NCBI RefSeq assembly: GCF_006345805.1
Contig: NC_043003.1
Location: 72,850,001-72,914,000 of the forward strand
Source: Octopus sinensis
Lineage: Eukaryota
DNA length: 64,000 nucleotides
Reading direction: 5' to 3'
Positions within the stretch are counted from its first letter, which is position 1. Each line of letters opens with the position of its first letter. The translations under genes were made by a program, and so were the position numbers. This document shows, piece by piece, positions 53,429 to 64,000 of the stretch. Below the pieces are notes generated by a model. That model was not told the DNA's origin, made no database searches, and was given only the letters and a program-made list of their open reading frames with translations.

Positions 53429-53577
53429 GATCGAAAAATACCTTAGGAATGAGAACCCAGGTTCGAAATTTCCCCAATACACCTGATGAAGGCTGGGGGG
53501 TACATCGGCTTAAACGTTGTGATAACAGCAAACAAGATGAGGACAAATATCGTCGAATGTAAATAATGTATATAATT
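53429..53577 (+). mobile_element. Putative Penelope-like terminal repeat with a decayed hammerhead core
   Basis: TACAC-CTGATGA-AGGCTG GGGGGTACAT CGGCT-TAAA-CGTT-GTGA; inverted copy of 52981-53127. Confidence 0.6.
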
Positions 53578-53707
53578 CTTCGTCTCTTGAATATAGAACT
53601 GTATTCCCACATTTTATGCCTACCTCTGTATTGTCCGCCACATCCTTCGTCCTTGTGGCAAATAAATGAAATCATTACTCTCCTCCTCCCGTTCCTCCTC
53701 CTCACTA

Positions 53708-53774
<67 letters not shown>

Positions 53775-54120
53775 GGCGGCGAAAAGGTATTTCGTCCGCC
53801 TTTACGTTCTGAGTTCAAATGCCACCGAGGTCGGCTTTGCCTTCACATTTTCATATTTCCGAAAGTTCCGCGCAAATTGGTGTTTATTTTTCTGAACGTT
53901 TGTTGATCACAACAACATGGGGTTGATCAAGTTAAGTGTAGGGCTTTGGCGGATTTTTTCTGTTAACTTACCCTGGAAATTTAGAATAAAAGTCTAAAAG
54001 TAGCGTCGATTTTGATAACCAACAGAAAAGAGTGAATAGCAGGAGGAGTTAGAAGAAGGGAGAGAAGTTGCTACTATAGTGTTTCCTTTTACTCCTTTCA
54101 CGGAGGAAAAAATTTCTGTG

Positions 54121-54355
54121 CAGTAATCCCTCGCTATATCGCTGTTCACCAAACACGTACACAGTACATCGCAGTTCGCCTATCGCGCACTCATTAAATC
54201 ATGAATTTTTCTGGCTAATATATGTAAATTTATATCGCGGACTCCTCAGTATATCCAGGTTTCTGCGGTCGAGAGCTATTTATATATTTTCAGATTTTAA
54301 TTATTTCTGTAGAAAGTTTTGGAACGTAACACCTGCAATAGTCGAGGGATTACTG
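54121..54355. mobile_element. Tigger/pogo-like MITE (235 bp)
   Basis: TIRs CAGTAATCCCTCG and CGAGGGATTACTG. TA on the right, TG on the left (probably a mutated TA). Confidence 0.75.
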
Positions 54356-57199
54356 TACTCCTAATCAACGACCGAAGCAGCAGCACCACCACCACCATAA
54401 TTTCAATTGCGTTCATATGCACTCGTTGAGAAAGAGAAGTTGAAGTATTACCAACAGCAGTGACAACTTTCACGAAATAGAAACACGAACAAGAATAACA
54501 ACGACAATCTCTCGAGGAAAGTTATTCTTTGCTGAGTACCAAGTCATATGATTCCAGAAGACTGACGATCAAAGGTATTCTAAACATGGCCATCTCGACT
54601 TTTTAAGAATGACTTGGAGTGCCTTCTAGATTTGTGTGTGCTTGGAAGGAAGATTGTTGCTGATTTTAGCGGCTCAAAGTAACTACGAAGAGAGTCCCCT
54701 GTTGGAGCAATTTTACTCCTAGGTTGAGCTTTATGCGATGAGTAATTTTCTTTGTTTTATTATTAAGTATTATTGAAGGCTGCGTTCTTCCAATGAGTTC
54801 TCTTCTTTTCCAGTTACATAAATCATAATAATTTCCTCCCCAGGACTTCTATAAGTGTAGTGAAATCTTACCTTGTGGAATAAACATGTAGACACAACAA
54901 AACAGGCAGTTTATATTTAAAAGAATATGAAAACGGGCTGGATTAGTTAAAGGTGGCAAAATTTTAAGAAAAAGAAAGAACTCGCTACGTTTACAAAATA
55001 TTTCTGGTGTGATGCAATATTTAGAAATACGTCTTTACAGTATAAACTACGATTTATACTTTAGGCACAAGTAAATGATTGTTATTTAGGACGTTCCCAA
55101 GTCTTTTAGTAGAGTCAGTAATGCAAAGTGGCTTTCGTCAGCTGAAAGCTAACCTGACTACATGCTAGTTACTCAACTCTTTCTCTATGTTATTTGTAAG
55201 AATATTAAAATCTCACATTAATCTAATGAAACACATTAGTAGCTGAGTAGTTTATTCAATGAATCAATTTCACTTACATATTTACTACTTCTTTCGCCAC
55301 TCTTCTTTTTCCTGAAGCCATGCTGGAACACTGAATCCAATGATTTCAATCCACAATTATTACTTGTATTTATTTCATCGTTCTCGTAAGATACCAAACC
55401 CAAAGTGGACGTTGGTATAATGAAGCTTATTCAGAAAAGAATACAACAGGGATCTCCGTTCGAATGCATTTGTGTTAATTTCACGCTTGCATAACCATAC
55501 TACACGCGCACACACACACACACACGCACCCCCCACACACGCACGCATACACCCACACGCACACATACTTTCTCTCTCCCTCCCCCTCTCTCTCAAACAC
55601 ACACATATATATGTCGTTCATACAACATATTCATACATAACCCCGAAAAATAATTATCCGGTTGTGCACTGTTTTTTTTTTGTATATCTGAAAATGATTG
55701 TCTATATAGTCTTATCAATGATACTTTATTGATAGCTACTTACCATGAGATATAATCGAGGAAGTTTGAGTGGTCAATGTGTCAAGAGAAATTTGCCCGA
55801 TACTAATCGCATTAGGTAACTTGCGTTGCTTACAGCAGGGCGTTTCTGTTATATGTTACAACAGTATCAAAATTTTAATAGATAAGCACATCTATTTGAT
55901 TTTATCTATTAATACCTTAAATTTCCCCTATTGCAGGCAGGTGTAATTGATACTCTTTCATGCTTAGTCTGAAGACAGACACCCTGTTTCAATTTTCTTG
56001 ATACTAGCTCGTAACTCAAAGCTCCACAGTTTTAGGGGGTTCCATTATTCATATTTAAGTTTTTCCTTGAATGTAAGCATTCCCTTCATGTTTTTGGGAG
56101 TGCATCATTTTATTTAATACTTTGCATTTTGGCAATTGAACTCAATGACATGTGTCGAAATATTTTGATTTGTGTCTCATTAGTATTCTTTACTCTTTAC
56201 ATACACACACACACGCACGCTCGCACAGAGACATGTACAGAGATTCGATCAAACAGACAGAAATAGGACTCAATACATGGGTATATATTCGGCAGAAAGT
56301 TGCAAAAGTAACCAAAGAGTCGAGTGTTTCGTGTTGACGCTTTTTAAATATGCAGTTTCTGCTTATCAAACTTTACAGATTATTTGTCAAACCTGAAACT
56401 ATGACGGAAAAAGCCTTGCTCAAAGTCCCCTCAATGGAATGTAATGGTTGATGGAATGACTTGAACTCACAATTTTAGTTAGACAAGTATTCTATCGCAT
56501 TAATGACTTCACCATCTTTAAAAGCCATGTAGATTTTATAAAGCCTATCCCTCAGCTAGTAGTTATAGATAAACACACTCTATTATTTGTATAAGTTAAT
56601 AGAAACTCTGGTAATCGTATATCACACTTAGGAAAAGTATTGTTAGTCGCAGCTGGAATGTCTTTAATCACAATTCAATTCTATTAGTCCTGAACTGGGA
56701 TAAAACTGCAATAAGAACTCTCACAGTTTTTCAGTGCAGAAACTATCAAAAGAGTAACGTTTTTAAGAAACATATGAATTTATATGGAGAAAGAATACTA
56801 GGAGAAGGGAAGAATAGTAGAGGAATTCTAACGAAATAAACAAATATTTCCATATTGTTAAGCAACAATATTTTTGAGGGAGAGTTTCTTTACACAACCC
56901 GATATGTTATGAACCTCTTTGCTTACGTTCTAAGCCTCTTTGCTTTGACAAGCCATCAACCCATGTATAAGCTGCATTGTTCTTCAGGCTGTCAAACAAT
57001 TTCACTTGAAAATTCACACGTCTCTTGTATCCATTATTTACGAAATTGCATAAAAGAAATAATTAAAAGCAAACCAAAGGAAGCAACAATAACGCCTATT
57101 TGATGATAGGAGAGTTTGTTGTCGTCGTTAAGTGTCTTATTCCTTAATGTTAAATAATCTCAGGTTGGACTCTTGCTAAGAACCTTTTGTTGCTGGAAA

Positions 57200-57500
57200 T
57201 AAAGGTAATAAAATTCTTATCCACAAAGCTGTTGAAATTTACATTTCAGTAATGGCAGCCATATTGAGCTGATGTCAGCATTGGGATTACTGAGTATGTT
57301 ATCAGTAAGAGCTTATACATCCTGCTGCTTTGCTTTCCTAAATTTCCACTATGGTTTTCCATTAATGTTTGACATTTTATTCTTTAAAGGTTTATGATTT
57401 CCTTTCCTACTCTGTATATATTCAACCAATTCCCAGTTAGATATTTCTTCTCTAAGGCTTCTTGATATTTCTTTATTGCGATCTTTTGAGGTCTCGCAGC
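57200..57500 (-). mobile_element. Possible Penelope-like endonuclease C-terminal fragment
   Basis: Minus strand ends ...SNPNADISSIWLPLL, resembling PLE endonuclease C-termini. Heavily decayed. Confidence 0.4.
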
Positions 57501-57543
57501 CTTTATTGCGAGAGCTTATGAAACACACACACACACACACACA

Positions 57544-57582
<39 letters not shown>

Positions 57583-57814
57583 GAGTTCACAAGTTCTAAC
57601 CATTTCTATGTTTAACTTGTGTGAGAATTCTGCAGAGTATAGAATAGAGAAAAGAGTTCTGTTAGTATGTCTATAGGTGGACAGACTTAAAATTTTTTTG
57701 AATGCTTATTTATTGCAGAAAGGTAGAGAGACGGTACAGCTGGGCTTAAATAATAAATTTTATTTGAGTTTGACTGCAGGCCTTTTATTATGTTTTCGGT
57801 ACTTTTAGTTACGA

Positions 57815-57971
57815 GGGTGCCGGTATGGGTGTGATAATGAGTTTACTTCCCAAGCACATGGTTACGGGTTCTGTCCCACTGCGTAGTATCTTGGGAGAGT
57901 CTTCAGCTATAGCTCCAGACCACCAAGATATTGCGAACTGATTTTGTGGACGGAAACTGAAAATAAGCCCG

Positions 57972-57975
<4 letters not shown>
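57815..57975 (+). mobile_element. SINE family B, degenerate 5' part
   Basis: CACATGGTTACGGGTTCTGTCCCACTGCGTAGTATCTTGGG...GGACGGAAACTGAAA. Confidence 0.7.
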
Positions 57976-58029
<54 letters not shown>

Positions 58030-58959
58030 TATATATATATGTCGACTTCAGGGATGTACACGCGACGCTGCATACATACTTTCGTAAACACACACACATA
58101 CAAACCAAACAAACAATGCACACACACATACACACACATACATTCATATACATACATACATACATACATACATACATACTTACATACTTATTGCAGGAAA
58201 ATGTTAGTGAAGTTTAAAGTTTAATCATTTTCACCTAATCAGAAAACGGATTTAGAAGCTGGCATTTTCTGCATGATAGTTGTCTATCACAAAATGAAAG
58301 CGAGATCATTATACGAGGAGGCATTTTTATAAAACAAACGAAAGCAAACCATTACGACGACCAAAGTTGTAAGAACTTCTTAAGTTTTAATAAGGTTTTT
58401 GTTTGCTTTTAAACGTTAGTTCAATATTAAGAGTAGCAGAATTTAGATTATTATTTCTTAGAGTAAATTGACAAGACTTTTGCTTTCAGATAGTATGATT
58501 GGATTTTCAGAGTAGCAGGATTCGGATTTTAAAAAAAAATTTCAGGGAAGTTAAAAACAGTAGTTGAATTGCAGGTTCTATTTTTATTTTGCATTTTATT
58601 CATCAAAATTTAAAGATACAAAATTTTTTTGTTTCTTTCTTTCAATGGGCAAACTTGAAGGTTTCTAGTAACGCTGTTCAGAAAAAGCAAAAGGGTAGGT
58701 GGCTCCTCGTGCCTTACGTTGGATGCATTGGCTATTTTTGCATTTAAAAAATCCTTTTTATATTAGCGAATGCAGCGAAACCCTGTCCACATAACTTTTT
58801 CTTATTTTTAGAATTTAAGAAAAAATATGGGTAAATTAAAAAAAAAAACAGAGCATAAAATCGTTATTTTAATTGTCATCAACACTGAAAAATAACTCAA
58901 ATATTTTTAGACAAAATAATATTTATTAGTCTTATTGCATTACCTGGAGAAAAAAGTAG

Positions 58960-60041
58960 ATTACAATGAAAAATGCGGACGCATGCATGTTAATATTCTT
59001 AAGGTTTTACACCTGGAAATGTACAGAACAAGATTTCTACAGTAGAATTTGCCTAATTCGTCACCTCTTAAGGAAACTAAAACGTACATAAAATTAAAAT
59101 TCTACTGTACTTTAAATACTGCAGCCGAGAATCACATTTTAAAGATTAAAATAATCCATATTAGGTAAATTTGAGATAATTTCTTTTATTTATTATGAGA
59201 ATCTAAAAAAAAGAAAAATTTTTAAAAACATGGTATAAAAATAATCAAAATTAAATTTAAACAATTTTTTTGTTTTAAATCATGTCCTTTGAAATATACA
59301 ATTAAAATTTTATTTAGTTGTATCATGTACAAACAATAAAATATGAAGTTGTAAATAATATTGCACAAGATTTTTTTACATTTGAATTGAAATCCCATTA
59401 TGAAAAATAAAAAAAAATCATTGATTGTAGTACAATGATTATTAAATGGTTTCAAATCATCCATATGCCCAGTCAATTCTTCCACATTAAAAAAATAGAA
59501 TTTAATTAGATAAATAAATCATAAGTAAAATATATTAGTTAGCATTAATACAGTAATTCGTCTTTGACTAATTTGTTCCCTCACCTAATTCGTCACTTTC
59601 AATTTTCTCCTAGGGATGACTAATTTGTCGAATTCTACTGTGTTTTTTAAAACTAATTTTATTTTATTTCATTTTTAAAATACTGATTTTTCCCAAAATA
59701 AACCCAGACTTAAATGATTTTGCTTGAATAATTTTTCCTGAAAATAATGAAAAAGGAGTTTCTGAATATAAGCCCATAGGCTTAAAATCGGTTGGACTTA
59801 TTTTTAGAAAAACCCAATAATGTTTTTATAATTTTTGTTTTGATAAAATATAGTTAATTCTAAAAATGTTATTCGCGGCTGCAATATTTTAAGTACAGTA
59901 GAATTTTAACTTTAAGTATTTTTAGTTTCATTTAGAGGTGACGAGTTGGCAAATTCTACTGTAGAAATCTAGTTCTGTACTTTTCCAGGTGTAATAACTG
60001 AAGACTATTAACATGCATGTACCCGCATTTTTCATTGTAAT
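58960..60041. mobile_element. Fold-back element (about 1.08 kb) with about 190-bp imperfect arms and nested mini-TIR units
   Basis: ATTACAATGAAAAATGCGG...TGCAGCCGAGAATCACATTTT pairs with AAAATGTTATTCGCGGCTGCA...CCGCATTTTTCATTGTAAT. Confidence 0.8.
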
Positions 60042-60082
60042 ATATATGTGTATCTCCCTCTCTCTCTCCTTCTTTCTTTCTT

Positions 60083-60145
<63 letters not shown>

Positions 60146-60366
60146 TCACATGTATTTAGTATATACATACGAAGCACTGAGGATCAAAATAGGAATGTGC
60201 ACGTTTATTTTTAAGATGCTTATGGATGAGAAAACTGCTTTTAATTCGAAATTCAATATATATATATATTATATATATATATATATATAAATATTAGGGA
60301 ATAATCCAAATTTACAGGGAAAAAATCAGATTTAGGATTAAATCGATTTTATAGTAAAATATTATA

Positions 60367-60513
60367 AAATATTATTCGAGACAAAACCACTATTTTGCAA
60401 AACAAACAAGAAAGACTTAATTAATACATAAATTTGACTATTTATTAAAATTTTATGTATTAATTAAGTCTTTCCTTGTTTGTTTTGCAAAATAGTAGTT
60501 TTGTCTCGAATAA

Positions 60514-60518
<5 letters not shown>
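60367..60518. repeat. Hairpin with about 68-bp arms and a short loop
   Basis: AAATATTATTCGAGACAAAACCACTATTTTGCAAAACAAACAAGAAAGACTTAATTAATACATAAA and a near-exact reverse complement (1 substitution plus small indels). Confidence 0.9.
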
Positions 60519-60581
<63 letters not shown>

Positions 60582-61394
60582 CGTGTGTGTGTGAATGTGT
60601 GTGTGTATGTGTATTTACAGGAAAAATGGGGTGTAGGTGTTGTTAATTAATTGAATCTTGGAAAGTACATGCGAAAAAGTGAGAGTTTAAAATGACTGCA
60701 GGTGAAGATGGAATTCACATAAGAATCAAGACGCCTGTACTGAAAAAAATAATACGGAAAAAATATGAATATTTTGTGATGTGCTAAACATTTCATCCAC
60801 TGATAATACTCATGCAAAATCTAATATGTATTGTTCTATGAAGATTCTTATCTAGAGGTATTGCATCTGTATAAAGTAGCAGACAATGTCATGCTATGGT
60901 ACAAAGCTCAGTAAATAATGCACATTTTCTCCAAATACTAACTGAAATTCAAGTTATGAACAAACGCCAGCTACTCACTTTCTCCTCACTGTTTATATAC
61001 GGTAATTATTTATAGTTAAGTGGCTGTAGATACAACGTTCAGTTATGCAATACGAACCGTTGGTTACAACATTCAATAAAAAAAACAGACAAGTAGTAGA
61101 GTTGTTTGAATATCAGACTAAATATCAAGAAGGATCTAAGTTCTCTTGTCGAGGTTTTAACTTCTATTCACTCTTATTGTATGAAATTAATAACCATTAG
61201 AAGTTATAAATATTATGCAGTAAGTACTAGCCATGTACTGGTTGATTCTATCGACCTATTATTGTCTACTGTTGCAATTCTGTGGATTTCTGGGTATATG
61301 AAAATTTCTGAATCTGAAAATTAAATTAAAGGAAAGGAATTGTCAGAGCTGATAGTGTAACAGAGAAAATATTTAATAATAAACGGAAGTTTCC

Positions 61395-61650
61395 CAGTCA
61401 TTAGGCCCATGGTTTACTCTCACTGTGCAGCATATTGGAAAAGTGTCTTTTACCACAGCCTTGGTTCGATCTAACCTTTGTAAGTGGCCGAAACTATGTA
61501 GAACCTTGTCGGAAGGGCTGTACTAGTAAATCAAATGCTCAGCTCTATCAGGTGTTGTGTCATGCTGACTGGGCACGAAATCACGTTAAGGGTACATGTG
61601 TCCGCGGAATACTCAGCCATTTACACGTTTATTGAAAATGTAGGTGGCGG
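61395..61650 (+). mobile_element. Degenerate SINE with family B body and family C 3' module
   Basis: GGAAAAGTGTCTTTTACCACAGCC...GTTAAGGGTACATGTGTCCGCGGAATACTCAGCCATTTACACGTT. Confidence 0.6.
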
Positions 61651-62165
61651 AGTTGATTAACCAAATGGGCGCTCATCATAGAAATAGCCAAGAGAGCCAT
61701 CATTATTTTCATAACCGTCACCATCGTCGTCGTCGTTGTCGTCCTCGTCACATTTAGTTTTGTCACGTTATGTCCTCGGCTAGATTCTGTATACGAACGA
61801 CTTTGTGTTTTATGTCAAATATAGAATCGAAAAAAATTAAATATTTGTCATATACTGAAATTGGTTCAATCGAATACACCGATCACCCTTCGACTCTTTC
61901 TGCTTACATATCTGTGGCTTTCAGTCACGAATGCAAAACCATTACGACCGAAATTTAACGGAATGTTTTTCTACACTCATCTGTATATAGGCAACATCAG
62001 GCTGCAACATAATTGAAATGTACTAAATTTACTGAATATTTCCATCAAAAGATTCCTAACAGCAGCAATTTATATAAAAGCAATATTCGAAATGTTTTTA
62101 TTGGTTTTTACTGATCATTAATATTTCTGTGAAATGTTCATTTACTCTCTCAATAAGCCTGCACG

Positions 62166-62200
<35 letters not shown>

Positions 62201-62396
62201 ATACATACATATATACAGACACGCGCACGACCTTTCTCATATAAATATATGCGCACAGATAAATATGCATACAAATTTCACACGCATATTAATACATATT
62301 TATAGATACACACTTAATACATATTTATATATGCATGTGTGTCCTTGTCTGTGTGTCTCATCAGGTGAGCATACATACAAAGATACTCTTAGGCAT

Positions 62397-62440
<44 letters not shown>

Positions 62441-63150
62441 ACCTTTCAATTCTCAAGATACTCTTCTTCTAAGCCCTATAACCAAACAAACGAGAAAACT
62501 TCAACAATAACAACGACAACGATGACAACAATAACAACAACAACAACAACAACAATACCGTAACAATGACAACGACAGCAGCAGTAACAGCAACAATGCA
62601 ACAATTATGAAAATATAACCAAAAGCAGAAGAAAACTTATGAGGGAATTATGAAAAACATAACAAATATGAAAAATATATTTAAGAAAATTAATAATAAT
62701 AGTGAAAACTAATGCATGATATAAAATTTACATTAGCAGAATATTTTCATTAATTAGAAATACATTTTTCTCGGGGATTTGAATTTTCAATAGGAAATAT
62801 TCGTATTCACAATAGGCAATATAGATAGATACATGCATTCCGTATCGTTGATAAGTAAAAATGGAAAGAGGAATTTTAAAGAAAGCCCACTTAAGACTAT
62901 TATTAAATAAACTATAAAATAAAATATATATCATCTTATTATAAAAATACATTGTGTTATATTACGAAGAGAGTAACTATAATGCCTACACACACACACA
63001 CATGTATGTATATATATATAATATTAATTTGCATGTACGTCTGATAATTCGCTTACCACTTGTGATGGTATTTTAATAGTACCATCCCTATATTATATAT
63101 ATATATATGTATACACACACATTGTATGTGTGTGTATGTACATGTGTGCT

Positions 63151-63212
<62 letters not shown>

Positions 63213-63329
63213 GGCATAGACGCGCACACACAAGTTGGTGGGTATTGAAGTTAATGGAAAAGTGGATATGGATATAGTTTTTATTAACAAAGATCTTGTA
63301 CTTAATTGTAGGCTAATAAAGGGTTCAAA

Positions 63330-63827
63330 TCACAAGCAACAGGCTGTCGTTGGATTTGTGACGAAGGTGGCTACAAGCTGCTGGACATTCATTGAAGGCT
63401 AGTGAAATGAGAACAGGTTGATGCTTAAAGAACGAGACGCCATCATTGAAGATAAACTATGCAACGAGAGACCATTAAGTGCGACACAAATCGTCAGCGA
63501 CGGGAATTGTCAGTGACACGAATCGCCAGCGATGCGGATCACCAAGAAGTGGACGAATTGATGCAATCAACAAGACACTATTTGTGAGTTTGTTTCACAA
63601 CTGGATTGGGGTTACAATGCTTTACAGAAGATAGTTGAAGACTTATGGGTAACGGGAAGAGTGTAGAAAATGTGTACCTCGGATGTTGGGATCCGATTTG
63701 AACGAGAGAGCGGTAGAAGTCTGCTCTAATTTGCAGGAAGCGTTTGATGCCAAGATGATATTCTTGCAGTTTCCGATCTGGAATCAGGGAATGTAACATT
63801 GGCTTACTTTTATGATCCATGAATGAA

Positions 63828-63830
<3 letters not shown>
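63330..63830 (+). pseudogene. Mariner transposase N-terminal fragment (second family)
   Basis: KQQAVVGFV..., DIH*RL, KCVPRML (WVPR-like) and AYFYDP*MK (DETW..YDP-like). No TIR identified. Confidence 0.7.
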
Positions 63831-63866
<36 letters not shown>

Positions 63867-64000
63867 TATCAACAATCCCTAAACTCTTAATGGCCTAACA
63901 AACATAGATGGGAAGAAGAAGAAGACGGACCCTATAGACAACGAAATATGTACAAAGAACATGAAACTTGCCCTCACCTATAAGGGAGCTAGAATCCCGG

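Overview
AT-rich eukaryotic DNA packed with microsatellites. The SINE families and microsatellite density suggest an octopus (cephalopod) genome; this is an inference, not a database result. I could not support any host protein-coding exon, so the window looks intergenic or intronic. Most ORFs in the supplied track are translations of microsatellites, and the few with recognisable motifs are pieces of decayed transposons. Recognisable content: RTE-type and Tx1/L1 LINE fragments, four R4/Dong-like (RLE) LINE copies, three Penelope-like fragments, one full-length mariner plus two partial ones, several MITEs and fold-back elements, and many tRNA-derived SINEs. Best leads: (1) the R4/Dong-like copies all sit in ACAY (CATA/CACA) microsatellites, suggesting sequence-specific targeting; (2) a 251-bp segment copied almost exactly from 9 kb upstream into a dead LINE; (3) a perfect 139-bp inverted repeat; (4) two inverted Penelope-like termini carrying decayed hammerhead-ribozyme cores. 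All alignments and translations were done by eye, so boundaries of decayed elements are approximate.
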